From Syncephalis fuscata S228 (Eukaryota > Fungi > Zoopagomycota): a stretch of 64,000 nucleotides of DNA. Location: positions 310,001 through 374,000 of the forward strand of contig JAHLTZ010000021.1 in assembly GCA_025786725.1 (NCBI GenBank), written 5' to 3'. Made by a program: the position numbers and the translations under genes. Below the pieces are notes generated by a model. It did no database searches. It saw only the letters and a list, made by a program, of their open reading frames with translations, and was not told the origin of the DNA. Below, in pieces: positions 51,167-64,000 of this stretch; position 1 is the first letter of the stretch; each line of letters begins with the position of its first letter.

Positions 51167-54100
51167 ATGACGCTTTTCTCTCTAACGTCTGATAAAAAGC
51201 GTTTGGCAGCGGCAGGACAGGAAAGCCGATTACCGTCAATCAGTCCTGGTGCTGCTAATCCTTTTACAGGGTGTTTTGACGAAGCAGTATGGCGCGATAA
51301 ACGCTATCTTGTAAGAATAGAATAGCTAATTACTTTAAACTATAGCTAGGCTAATTAAATGACGGATATTGTGCCATTTAGGTGTGGGGCTGCGGCACAG
51401 GCATCGTGGTTTATTGTGATAATAGCTATAGTTACGAGGATGTATCACGGCGTCCATTTGCTAAACGATTGGAGATTCGTGCCGTATCAATGTCATCACA
51501 AATGGGACTTGTAAGTTAGGAGAGTTTATCGTATTTAACAGTATTAAATCAATCGTTAGATTGCTTCGTGTGATTCTGAACAATTACGTATTCATCAATC
51601 CACGGGTGAAGATGTAATGTGTATAATAGTTGATATGTAAATGTATTTAACAAATTAAATACTATGATGATGATGGCTATAGGATACAGAATGGCCAGTA
51701 GTATTGCATGAATTACAACCAACACTAAATTGTATAGCTTGGAGTCATCAAGGTAATAAATAATATTCTACACCTATAAATACATTCTAAGTCATTATGG
51801 AATAGGAACACTTATCACTGCCGGTGATGGTATAACTATATGGAGTGTTGCAGTATCAGAGGAGAATGGCACTATTGAATTAAATACAGTGTGGAAAACA
51901 ACGTGGTACGTATTGCATTGATTAAATTAAATGATTTTAAACATAAAATAGTTTGGGCACACCAATCGCTGCCATTATAGCTACAGAGTATAGCACTATG
52001 TTTGCTACACTAGGTGCAGTAAGTGGACGAATACTGATTGGGCTACAACTAATCAATTAAATTAGAAAAGTCGATTAGTTAAAGTATGGCATGGAAATAC
52101 AGACCGAGTGGACTATCAGTATTCATATCTATCACATCCTCGTTCAGTTATCAATGCTATTTGGAGAGATCGAAATATTCCAAGGTAGCTTCATATAAAT
52201 GCTAGTAATGGATAATCGCTTACACCGATTGATATAGCTTAGTAACACTATGTACAGATGGATTCTCGCGGGTCTGGACTGCCCAGGCACCTGATGCCTT
52301 CTACATCACTAATGTGGTCGATGTTAGTGGTACAGGTGTTTGGCCAATGGTGCCACCCAATGCTGGTCGGCGGATTGTCAGCTGGTCTGATTGTTCTGAG
52401 GGTCAATCTTTGGCATTAGTAAGTATAAGCGTTAACGGTGCGATGTCTATTAATTCAATTATATAGGATAATGACCATAGTAGTGATTCATCTTCACATC
52501 GTGATATGTTGGTCGATGCCATTCTACTTGAATACACCGATGCTTCCGAACTAATTGCTTGGGCTATGCTGGTTAGTAGTATGCTAGTACTGGTTATTCA
52601 AATGATTGATGTGTCAATATGCTACAGTACGATGATGATGGTAGTGCATCGCTGCAGTCAGCTCCACTAATGATTGGAAAGATTCAGCTTGAAGGTCAAT
52701 TAAAGTCGCTTGATTCTTGTGTTATTCAATCGGCCAATAATCATAGTGGTATGTATGGATTAAGTCAGATAGTTTATTGGTTAATCTGGGATGGTAGATA
52801 TTGGTCTATCATTAATGACACCGGCCGGCGATATTTATCATATTTCATTTGGTAAACTAAACTGTCCTGAGCCATCACTGGTCAGTGTGGCATCTGGTAA
52901 TCGACGAACTGTAGTTGAGATTGCTATACAACCACCGTATATTGCAACTCGGACACAAGATGATTCAATAACTTGTTTCTTAGTAAAGGTACAGTATATA
53001 GATGCTAGATGTACTGCTATATACTAATATAGTTGTTATTAGCCTGGTCAGACAATGTTGGAACCAGTATGGCAAGCATCTAATGTTTCGCATTTTAGTT
53101 GGGTCCAAGGCAGTAAGTTATTATTTATACAAACCATTCTAGTCATTTATACTTGTTTTTACATAGGCGATGTTCTACTAAGTGTTGAAAAAGATGCTGT
53201 ATTGGCCTATGCACTTGATAGTGGCCACATTACACGCACTCATGTTACACTACCCAAACTACTATCATCTATCACTTTAGTAAAAAGTGTACTGTTATCT
53301 AAGAATGTTTCCAATACATCGACTATGACCGCCGAAACTTGGGCACTTGCATTAACGGGAAGATTCATGTCAGCCTGTGTTATTCTAAACAGAGGCAAGT
53401 ATAATGATATACCATTATATTTAACTAATAGTAGTACTAGATGGTATTGCCATTGCTACACAGGCCACATTTGAGTTTCCAGATGCTTTGGCAGTTGCTG
53501 TTTCACGAGATCAACTTAATATTAAATGTACTGCTCAGGCATACTGTGTTGTTGCTTGTAAAAATGGATCAATTTTGGTTTCTTTGATTGATGAGCAGGG
53601 TCAACAAACATCTCTGGGCCAATTTAATGTTACTTTATTATCCAAGGCACAGAATGTACATATATCTATTAATCATGATGGCACAGTTGCTTTAGGTAAA
53701 TATTATATTGGTTATGGTTATGTTTTAATAATTAATGTTAATAATGGTATTATTGCATAGCCTATATTATTGATGGACAAGCAACAGTAGAGATTTGGTC
53801 GTTAAATAAATTATCAAAACAATGGGTCCAAGGCTATTGCTACACAATCAGGTAAGCTACACTATGTACTAATAAAGCTATCTAAAGCATGATTTATAGA
53901 AAAGAAAGTCCTTTATTAAATTTAATGTGGCAACAACAAGAAGCAACATCAACAGATCTACTTATTCTATCAACATGTTCAGGACTGAATCTAGTGGCAC
54001 GTGTACGCTCTATCGATTCAGCCTATGCACATGAATGGAGATTAATTGGATCAATTCCTATGTAAGTAGATGAACAATAGAACCGATATACACTGGTTCT

Positions 54101-56108
54101 AATGATTTAATAGGGCACAGCAATGTAGTGCTCAATTCTATGGAGCCGATATGGTATTAGTTAAAGCAGAGTCTTGTCGTATTATTACCGTAATGAATAT
54201 TTGGTCTGAAATACATTGGGGTAAGCAATTGATATTTCGTACTAAATAGCCATTGATTGACTTTTATTAGAATTTGCCTATTCATCTCAACAGCGCTCAC
54301 TTGCCCAAATATTAACTATTTTAAAGGCAGAAATGCCTCTTTATCATCCAGAATTACTTGGTTTTATGGCACGACAAGGTATAGTAATGGCTATTATTAC
54401 CATTACCATTTCTATCAATGAATGACTAATACATGTATAATAGCCGATTTTGAACGGACCAGGATAGCATTACATATATTGGAGGAGATGGTACATAACG
54501 GCGATAAATACGACGAGTATTTAGCTTCAAATAATAAGGTTAGTTAATTGTTTACTGTAGATACTTAATGTTTAATAAGTAAACTACAGATTCTACAATG
54601 TTTAAGACCAGTCTATAATCTTTCCGAGTATGTACATTATAGATAGAGATGATTGGTTTGCTAATATAGTATTATTATTATTATTATTATTATAGTACAC
54701 TACCCATTGCTAAAAGTGCAGCCGAATATTTAGCCAATGATTTGGGACAATTTGAATTACCGGGTATCACCGTACAAGAACGACAAGATCTTTGTACATT
54801 GATTAAAGTTATGGCTGAGGTAATAATAATAATAATACATTTTAACAATTTGATATTAATAGAATATCTAATTAGATTATAGATTGGTTACGTAGTCTAG
54901 ATGCCATAGGTGCCCGCTTTGCTTTAGCCGTTCGACTTGCTACTATTGGCAATAATAATAATAATGGGAAATCATCATCTAAACCATTAAAATTGGGCTA
55001 TCGAGAATTAAGTTGGGCCTATTATAGTTTGGGACAGGTAATATTCTTTATCATAACTATAATAATCAAATACACTAATTTAATTTGTTATTAGGACTCG
55101 TTATTCTCATTTTGCCAGTCACATTGTAGTTTAACTATGGATTGGCCAACCGTAGCAGCACTTGGTATACCAATGTGGCTTAAAGATACAAATACACTGG
55201 TAGGTGGAGCATTTAACAAATATCAGTATATTAATTGTATGTTTAGAAAGGTTTATTGCTTAAAATGGCTCGTGATCGATTTACTGTAAGCAAGGATCCA
55301 ATGAGTGCATCATTATTCTTTTTAGCGTTACGTAAAAAAACGCTTTTACTTGGTCTTTGGCGTACGGCCAGTTTCCATCCAGAACAATCGAAAATGCTTA
55401 AATTCTTGAGCCAAGATTTTGATGATTCTCGTAAACAAAGTGCAGCACTTAAAAATGCCTTTGCTTTACTGGGCAAACAACGTTATGGTAGATATATATA
55501 ACTATGTGTGCATAAACCATTCTAATTACTGGATTATCATTTAGAATTGGCCGCTTCTTTCTTTTTGCTAGCTAATCGCTTAAAGGATGCAGTCAATGTG
55601 TGTCTTAAGCATTTGAAAGATATTCAATTGGCCATTTGTATATGCCGTGTTTATGAAGGTAAACTATTATACTATTAGACTATTATACTATTAGTTATCA
55701 AGTCTATTATGAAATTAATAATATTATATAGGCGATGATAGTCCATCACTACGGGATTTATATACAACACTAACCAATTTGTCTTCAATCGAATTGCAAC
55801 AAATATTACCACAAGAAAATATTGTCTGGTTAAAATCAGTCATTGCTTTTGCCGCAGATGATCGTATTCAAGCAATGAACATTCTAGTAGTAAGTAGCTA
55901 TTTATAATACTGTTATTCACCATTATTAACATTATATTTGATATAGAATGATATTCTGGAAAATGGTGACCTTGCTGATCCTAGTATTTATCCGGTGATT
56001 GAACACTTGCGTATCACTCATCGCTTACCATTACCTGATGATGTACAGCTACAATTGCAGTCGTGGTATCTTGCTATGGAACGCAGTGCTTATAACAGTT
56101 TGTTTTAA
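51167..56108 (+). CDS. RAV1: RAVE complex subunit Rav1 (WD40 repeats plus Rav1_C), many exons
   Basis: KDPMSASLFFLALRKK..LLGLWR..HPEQ.KMLKFL..DF...AALKNAFALLGKQRY/ELAASFFLLA..LKDAVNVC..DIQLAI.ICRVYEG; YLSHPRSV and LGIPMWL motifs. Confidence 0.88.
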
Positions 56109-56249
56109 AATTATTCTATCACACACACACACACACACACACAAATACACACAATTCGAATCAAATATTACGTGTTTAAATCAAGTCAACAAACGATCAA
56201 TCGCGCTGCCATTCCCACCACAACCATAACAATTTTCACTATAGACGCT

Positions 56250-57909
56250 TTAACTAAGCTGTAACGCGGCCAAATATGCTTGTGTTTCAATGACCTGCAA
56301 ATAATTAGTTTATGTATTAAATGATGATTATTCCCATTAAACTTTTCAACCATTAATTAATTAACGATTAGCTTACCTCAAGTGCTTGAAGTAGTTCCAA
56401 TCTTTGACGTGCTGCTTTAATCCAGTCGCGTGCTAGATTCTTTGGCCAGCCTTGTAATTGATTGATTTCACGTGTCGCGTTATCGAGATCATTTTTGGCG
56501 AGTAAATAGTCGGTACGGGCAATTACGGCCTCGACATCAGTACCAGGGACGTAGCCTTGTTTTTTAACCAATAGTTTGGACATAGTAGCCGACACGGCAT
56601 GGCTCACTAGACCGCCATCTTCAGGGACCATGGCAGCACGACGTACCTGCTCTTTAACTACGGCAAATCGATCGGTAAGTTCTAGTGGTGTATCGACACC
56701 GCGATAAGCCGTCTCCTCAGTAATGGTCGCCACTACCGATTCGAGAATAGGGAAATGCGGGGCCAATTGGCGTAGTGCATCGAGTTCATTGGCAAATCCA
56801 GTTCGTTGGTTGGATTCAAGTGCACGACGCAATGCACCAGCAATGATTTGCAATCGGTTGTTTAAGGCACATTGATCAATAACCGTTGAATTCTCTTTGC
56901 ATATAATTTCGAGTTGTTTCAGCGATTCGGCAACTTGATCTAGATTTGCCAGACGGCCAACACGCTCCTCGTCTACGCTTAGACGTAGATCACGTTGCCA
57001 GCGGCGTTGTAGATCCTCTCGTAGCAACTGCATACGTCGTAGAATTTCTTCACGATAGCGTACAATCAGCGCACGTCGTTCATCCTGCCAATGGGCTGCC
57101 AATTCTTCTTTTTGTTTATCTAATGCCACATTCTGTTCATCCTTTAATAACTGGACTGTTTGTTGTAATACTGCATCTCTTTCCTCAAGCGATTTACGAA
57201 GTGTACCAACATCGCCTGATGACCAATTACACATAACACGGTCTGTTTGATCTAATACACGAACTACTTGGTTTAAAATAGCCTGTGTATCATCTGTAAT
57301 TAGTGTATGATCCAGACTATCAATTAAACTATCAATAGTAGTGAATAGTTTGACGAGTGTTGGATCGGTAGACGTTGGCTGTGACAATTTGTGCAGTTTA
57401 GTTTTTGGTGCTTTGGCTTCGTAGTAGTAGTAGTAGTAGTAGTGGCAACTACCGGTACTGCGGTAGTAGTTGGCTCAGCTGAAGCCGTCTCAGTCACTGC
57501 TTCTTTACTTGATACCTGCTGCACAAGTGCATCGACGCCCATCTTCATATGACGTCCAACTAACTTGGCCTTTTCGGCTGTGGTGTCCACTGCATCAACC
57601 AGATCATCGCCACTATCTAAATTTTTTGATACATATTGACGGACGTTGTCGTTGGTATGTCCAATGTAGACTAGGCCTGCACCCACGAGTGTGGTATATA
57701 GTAGAAACTTGGGCAAGCGGCGCTTTGGTTTAGGCGTTGGCTTTGGTGGTGTTGGCGTAGGATTTGCCGTAGAGGCTGAGACACTTCGACGCTATTGACG
57801 TTCAATTATAAGCAACATAGATTGTATACAGGCTAGATCAGGCCATTTTACTTACTGGCTGCAATAAAACGCGCCGAGAAACACGTGTTGCAGCGGTACG
57901 TGCAAACAT
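56250..57909 (-). CDS. MIC60: MICOS subunit Mic60 (mitofilin)
   Basis: Presequence, single TM segment, coiled coil with VDEERVGRLANL, mitofilin domain DVEAVIARTDYLL..DLDNATREINQLQGW...LARDWI..AR.RLE..QAL. Confidence 0.92.
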
Positions 57910-58338
57910 GATCAACACCAGTAAGCCAGTAAAGTAGCGATTAAACAAAGTAGTCGGCTATGGTGGGTGTGCCGGCACAAGAGATTCAGCTTTCTCTTAG
58001 CAGCAGGCAAATAATCGCCAAAGGACACCACGAAGAAGAAAGAGAGAGGAACGAATTATATCTCGGATGTGTTGTTAACAACGACATTTAATCCAGTTTA
58101 AATTTCAATTAGAGATAAACACCAAGCCATTTAAAATACCAGTATGAATCGATATCAGTAAATACTTAATTGTCAATAAATATACGCAGTTATTTAGAAT
58201 ATTATCGTCTAATTAATATATGGAATGGCGTGGTTTTTGGCGTGATATTTAGTGTAGATACGGAAATTTTATATATTTTAACACTTTCTTTTATTTTGCA
58301 GTCATCTGAGAAAAAGACTTTTGCTAATTGCTTACAAC

Positions 58339-58810
58339 ATGGCGTCTGAGGATAGTCTCAAAGAGATATTTACAGATAAATTAAACGCTGTACATGTTGT
58401 AAGTAGTAGCGATATTGATATTAATAAAGAATAAATTATTTAAACTGATACAATTATTATGTCAGGAAATACAGGATGTGTCTGGTAAGTAGTCGTTGAC
58501 CAAAGTAGCTACATATCAATGTGTTTCTATGTTAGGTGGATGTGGCCAAAGCTTTGAAGCCATTATCGTATCAGATCAGTTTGCTGGCAAGTCGTTATTG
58601 CAGCGACATCGGTAAGTTTCAATATTTCAGCCATCAATTACTTATCATTGCACACAGTCTGGTTAATTCTGTAGCCAAAGATACAATCAGTCAATTACAC
58701 GCCTTTTCACAGGTAAGTGTGCTTATTGCTTAATCAATTTGTTATTAATTCATTAATAGAAAACGTATACCTTGGACGAATGGACCAAACATCAAGCCAC
58801 AACCAACTAA
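58339..58810 (+). CDS. BOL2: BolA2-like protein, five small exons
   Basis: Spliced reading ...[61 protein letters not shown]. Confidence 0.88.
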
Positions 58811-59037
58811 TTCAATAAAGCATTTGTGTAGCTTGACTTGCCAACTGGTGTAATTAAATGGCACAGGGGTATAGCCCCAGTTACCCATGTCCATATTTGG
58901 ATGATGACGTTTCCATTGCCTTCCATAAAGCACTTGACAGTAAAGAAATTTACGGGCCCTTATAAAGTAGCAACTGCGCTACTACGCCAGTTAAACAGTA
59001 CAACGCTTTTTGTTTCTATTTGCTTAGTTATTTCATC

Positions 59038-59528
59038 ATGGCCAACCCAAAGGTTTACTTCGATATCACCAAAATGATGCACCACTCGGTCGCATCGTCA
59101 TGGAACTCCGTGCTGATGTTGTCCCAAAGACCGCAGAAAACTTCCGTCAATTGTGCACTGGTGAAGCTGGCTTCGGATACAAAGGATGTGCTTTCCATCG
59201 TATTATTCCAGCTTTATGCTTCAGGGTGGTGATTTCACCAGTGGTGATGGCAAGGTGGCAAATCCATTTATGGTGCAAAATTTGCCGACGAAGACTTCAC
59301 TCTTAAGCACACCGGTCCAGGTATTCTTTCCATGGCCAATGCTGGTCCAAACACCAACGGTTCTCAGTTCTTCATCTGTACTGAGCCAACTCCATGGCTT
59401 GATGGCAAACACGTCGTGTTTGGTAAAGTAGTTGAAGGCATGGATGTTGTAACGAAGGCCGAAGCCTGTGGCTCAAAGACGGTACAGTCAGCGGCACGAT
59501 CGTCATTGCCGACTGTGGCCAGCTTTAA
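59038..59528 (+). CDS. CPR1: Cyclophilin A-type PPIase, intronless, several apparent 1-nt deletions
   Basis: [73 protein letters not shown], spread over different frames. Confidence 0.88.
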
Positions 59529-61021
59529 TTGCCAAGCAAATATTCAATAAAGAATTAGCTTGATTCATGTAAATCTATTTTAATCAAGTGACTGTATTTA
59601 ATAATTGAACATTTAATTTGAACAAATGATAATACGTTAATATTTCATGATAAGCAGTGTAATATTCTATATACCAATGAAAATACCACTATATATTGGT
59701 ATAGCTTATTCTGTAATATATTGCTTTAATATAAACAGACACTTTCTATAATGTTACTGGTTATAATAAATATGACATTCTATTATAAATTGTAACAGTT
59801 TAATAGCAAGCATGTTTATTGACGAAGAACCAAACAAATGTTAATAATGTATAATAGCAATAAAATGTTTGCAAAAATGCAATAATAACGATATTAGCAA
59901 AGTATTATTAATTTTAATTGATTATAAATAAATATTAGTATATTACTCCACCTGGACATCACATTAATTACACTATATAGTAGTGTATAAACCATAATTT
60001 ATAACGAAATAGATTTAAAATGATGATGTAATACGTCACTTGATCATTTGACTTGTATTACGCTATTAATATATTATACTTACACTATTTATTTAGTCTG
60101 CTGTCTTATTTGTGTTTATATTATTAGATGGTTATTAAATAGCATATTAATATTGTAAATTTATTCTACGGTATAGTATTTTATATATAGCGAATATATT
60201 TTATTAATAAAACTTTGTTTACTGCTAATTGCATCAATTATGGATTTCAGCTTATTTTACTTATACTCAATTACGCACATTGTAGCTTTATCATTATTTT
60301 TGCTTCATTTTCTTTTATCCATTTGTCTGTCCTATACCATTATATATTTTATTTGGTTATTTATTTATATCAATGTCATCTTATATTGAACTACCAATAT
60401 AAGCATGATATTTGAAAAAAATAGAGATAGTAAAAAAGTAAAGAGAATAGGATATAAGACCATTAAACTTGAAAAAAAGTAGTATTAAGCCTAAATCTTT
60501 TACAACAATGTAATATTCTTACATACATATTTATTACATTCATAACTAACATTTATACTAAAATAATGATTTGTATTAAAAAATACTGTTTTAATATATA
60601 TTGATTTGCTAAAAGGCTTGGTATCTATATTTAACTATAATGCATCATTTGCACATTGATTATTGCTTTGCTTTTAGATGCTTCAGTTCCATTAAATATA
60701 ATAATCCATTTATTACGCTGAAACTTATCCATTATGGTAGACTTAAAACAAGTTGCACGTTTGAAATGTTGCTAATTTGAATCCACTTTCTATTTATACT
60801 TGAACGGTGGTTGTAAGCTACTAATCCAAAAGTTTTATTTTGTTGCAGTGTTCCACGTTTTTATCTATTAATAAAATACTACTTTCTTTATACGTTATGT
60901 TCATTTTAGGCAATATAATGTCTGCATTGCCACCACCTTTTATTGATATGACAATATATGATGTCACCTATAGCGTACAGAACAAAGCATTACAACGCTT
61001 TGTTACACGACCACGTGATTA

Positions 61022-63830
61022 CCTATGCTGCAGTTCTTGGCTTTGGTTTATAATAAATTATTTTTTCTTCCTAATTCATGTCTTTATTTAAACCAACCAG
61101 CATTATCATTTATACAGTGCGATATCAAAATCGAATTTTTATTTTAACAAATAGCATGCTGGGATTACAAATATTTATGAAAGTGGATATTGAGCCCGAA
61201 CGTGGTGGCAGCGACAATAATGGCACATTTTTGCACCCACGCCTGCCGAAGCGTATGATCCAATGCAAAATCATCTACAACAACAAAACGTAAACCAAGC
61301 GTTTCCTTGCCTTCAATTAGAAGAAAGACCAGCTGCGCAAATTAATGACAATGCAAATTATTGTATCTGCCTGGACAAGTAAATTCTTATGCCGCACAGT
61401 CGAGTTCTAATCAGAATCTACAGGCATCGCCCAGGTATCTCGTCAACAATGTGCTGCAGCCTAATCGAGATCCACTAGTGATAGGCATGCTTGGTCGAAC
61501 ACCATCTTATCTTTGTGGCCGTGTGCGTATTTCTTGGAGTGCATCGCATTCGGCAGGCACTGAAGTCAGCCCAAATGGCTCATTGGTTTTCAACTCGTCC
61601 TGCACACCAGTGAAGCTAAAGTTGCACTTTCATGGCCAGTCATATGTGTACGAGGTTCGAAGTAATGGCACTCCTGAGCAAGGCTCTTATCGACACAAAG
61701 CCCATCGCTTCACTATAGTGGATGAGAACTTTGTAATCTGGAATAAGGACAGTGCAAAGGGTGCGTCCAATGCTCATATACGTCCTGTGTATAATCATGA
61801 AACAAAACGTTGCACGCTACTACTGCCATTTCAAATCCGCATTCCAGATGCCATTCCAAATAGCTATAAAACTAAGTTTGGCGAAGTGGAATATTCACTG
61901 AAAGCCAAGCTTACCTATCAAACCAACAACTTTTTCACCAGTCTTAAAGCTAACAGTAAACGTGATGTGACCATAAGACGATGGGCTGACTTTGGACAAT
62001 CAGAGAATAATGTGTCGACCGTATTCCGTGTTATAGGACCCTATGCAGCACGGCTGGGCTACGCGTGTAATATTCAAATCCCACGTTCGTATTATGCCAG
62101 CGGTGATACGGCCCAGATAGATGTATTTGTTGGCCCGGGCCTTACAGATTTATTAACTCCCGAATCAAATAGTAACAATGGAAAAACACAAGCAATCAGT
62201 GGGCTGGCAACGAGCTCTGCGGCAGAACCAAGCGTTAAATTGAAGCGTATATCTGTGCAGTTAACACGGCAAGAGCGTAGTAGCGGTTTTATTGGCAATA
62301 AGAAAAAAACTACAATTACTAAGGTGGACTTTAATGCTCCACCTTACAATCCCATTACAAAAGCATACAATGGTACAATATTTTTTCCAATTCCTCGCAT
62401 CGATGCACCATCTCTTCAGGCGCACAAATTTACTGTTGAGTATGTTTTAAAAGTAAAGCTGGTAATGCGTGGCAAGTCGGACACAAAGGCCAAATTTCCG
62501 ATAACAGCACTATCTGTTACTCGAGACGAGCAATTTATGCCACCAGACACGCAGTATGGCTTACCGTTACATATTCGCAATACAGGCAATCAGTCATCGG
62601 ATGGCAGTAGTAATAGCCAACTTGCATTGCCACCAGCACAACAACCACACAGTCAAGGATGGGATCAGTCATATGTTGAGCCGCCGCCACCTTATTCGTG
62701 TGGTTAATATTAATATTAATAATTTAAATTATGCTAATACATCAATGAATTTAATCAGTGCAATGTTATTGAGTTTACTATATCGCGGCTATGATTTAAG
62801 CAACTAATAGGCAAATTTGCAAATGCATTACAGTTATGCTAAAAAGCTGTAAAACTCACATATTTTGTATAAGCATTGTATCTTTGTTTATTTACTTATT
62901 TGCTACAATTGTTTAGATAACCAAGTATGCAATCTATGCTGATTTAAAATACACTGCATTATTCTAAAGTAATTGTTTGACTAATAGTATAGTTTACAGT
63001 GTATGTTTATTATGTAAATACATCATTGTTGCCTTTAGTTTACTCTGCCATTTCATTATTACAGATTCTAATGGAAAGTATCAAACGATGTGTTTAACAT
63101 ATTTGCTATATTCAAATACAATCTACAAATGATTATTTATACTAGTTTCAATACAATGCTGAATATAATGTAGCAACACACGTTGTTACACGACAGCACC
63201 CATATATACGCGGCATAGGTCACATTGATTGCTGTTTGTTCTTTGTTCTATTTAGTCATTTAGTATGCAGCATATCCCTGTACCTGTTGTTGAGCGACTT
63301 GCGGTGTTTGCCGACGACAAGTCGCTGGTGCTGTTTGCGTCGTGTTCTCAGTGGCTGTGGCAGTGTGTTGGTATACAGCAGCGTGTATGGCGACAGCGAT
63401 ATATACAGCACTACACGTTTAAAGACGACGACGAAGTACAGTGGCTGTCGTGGTACGTACGCACACTGCGAGTGTCTGGCGCACTGGCAACAACAAGCAA
63501 CACGGCGATTGATGTCACCCAGCTGAATGACCATGATATCAACTGGTTCCGTGCGTTCTGCCATCGACGTGCCACCAGTGCCAACTGGCTACGAGACAGG
63601 CCATATCCAATATATGACATAGTCGAGGATACATCGGACAGTGATCAGGTTATAGTATTGCAGCGTATAAGCAATAATAGTCGTATATTGGGAGAATGTG
63701 GTATTATTGAGCAATGCCAACCAATAGGAAAACCAAAACACCAGCAATTCTGGCGCTTACGCAAAGTATGCTGTGATGGATTTGATCCAACAATTAATGT
63801 GGAGCAATTTTTAGTATCAGACAAATTTGT
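61022..63830 (+). repeat. Near-identical duplicate of ~18036-20840 (arrestin, spacer and F-box 5' half)
   Basis: Identity begins at CCTATGCTGCAGTTCTTGGC in both places (~43.0 kb apart) and decays right after ...TCAGACAAATTTGTCGTA. Confidence 0.92.
61157..62707 (+). CDS. Alpha-arrestin-like PPPY protein, copy 2 (frameshifts ~61230 and ~61360)
   Basis: Near-identical to 18170-19722; the 448-aa ORF 61361-62707 is continuous across the site broken in copy 1. Confidence 0.75.
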
Positions 63831-64000
63831 CGTAGCTGTTTTTGAACAAGTGGATAGCAATTTTAGTACTTTCAAGACACCATACAATGTTCTTATCTGG
63901 CCAATACATCGAGTATCAACAATACAGCCATATTCTGCTCCTTATTTATGTAACAATGAAATGTCTATTCGCGGCCGCTGGTTGTTATTTAATCATACTA
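63265..64000 (+). CDS. F-box-like family protein, copy 7 (runs off window end)
   Basis: Family ATG context TTAGTATGCAGCAT and open frame to the window edge. Confidence 0.85.
   Translation, partial: MQHIPVPVVERLAVFADDKSLVLFASCSQWLWQCVGIQQRVWRQRYIQHYTFKDDDEVQWLSWYVRTLRVSGALATTSNTAIDVTQLNDHDINWFRAFCHRRATSANWLRDRPYPIYDIVEDTSDSDQVIVLQRISNNSRILGECGIIEQCQPIGKPKHQQFWRLRKVCCDGFDPTINVEQFLVSDKFVVAVFEQVDSNFSTFKTPYNVLIWPIHRVSTIQPYSAPYLCNNEMSIRGRWLLFNHT

Noticed and set aside
59600-60600. Very AT-rich gene-free stretch as a centromere or transposon relic
   Set aside because: No repeats, TIRs or coding remnants recognisable; only composition supports it.

Overview
Gene-dense, AT-rich eukaryotic DNA with many short (~50-70 bp) GT-AG introns. 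Gene content indicates a fungus, probably an early-diverging lineage (a Zoopagomycota/Syncephalis-like organism is my inference, not verified). An intron-rich housekeeping backbone (YRB1, YME1, CTR9, AP-2 mu, MGMT, SMC2, GatC/F-like, YAF9, SPA2-like, ENT3, RAV1, MIC60, BolA2) plus an intronless cyclophilin is interrupted by accessory islands. The main signal is a family of seven intronless F-box-like genes in ~1.98-kb tandem units: four on + at 20.3-27.8 kb, two on - at 43.3-46.9 kb, and one partial at 63.3 kb. Promoter and first ~188 codons are nearly identical, while the C-terminal domain is a patchwork of blocks exchanged between copies. Two of the three loci are headed by a near-identical PPxY alpha-arrestin-like gene sharing upstream motifs with the F-box genes. 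This is a candidate constant/variable, recombination-diversified repertoire of ubiquitin-ligase adaptors. Also seen: two copies of a non-autonomous TIR element (one abutting the CTR9 stop codon), a likely non-coding host gene with two intronic box C/D snoRNAs, SWSAP1-like and DDIAS-like genes, a pseudokinase-like gene and a secreted loosenin-like protein. Many single-base frameshifts look like assembly errors. All family assignments are by recognition of motifs, not database search.
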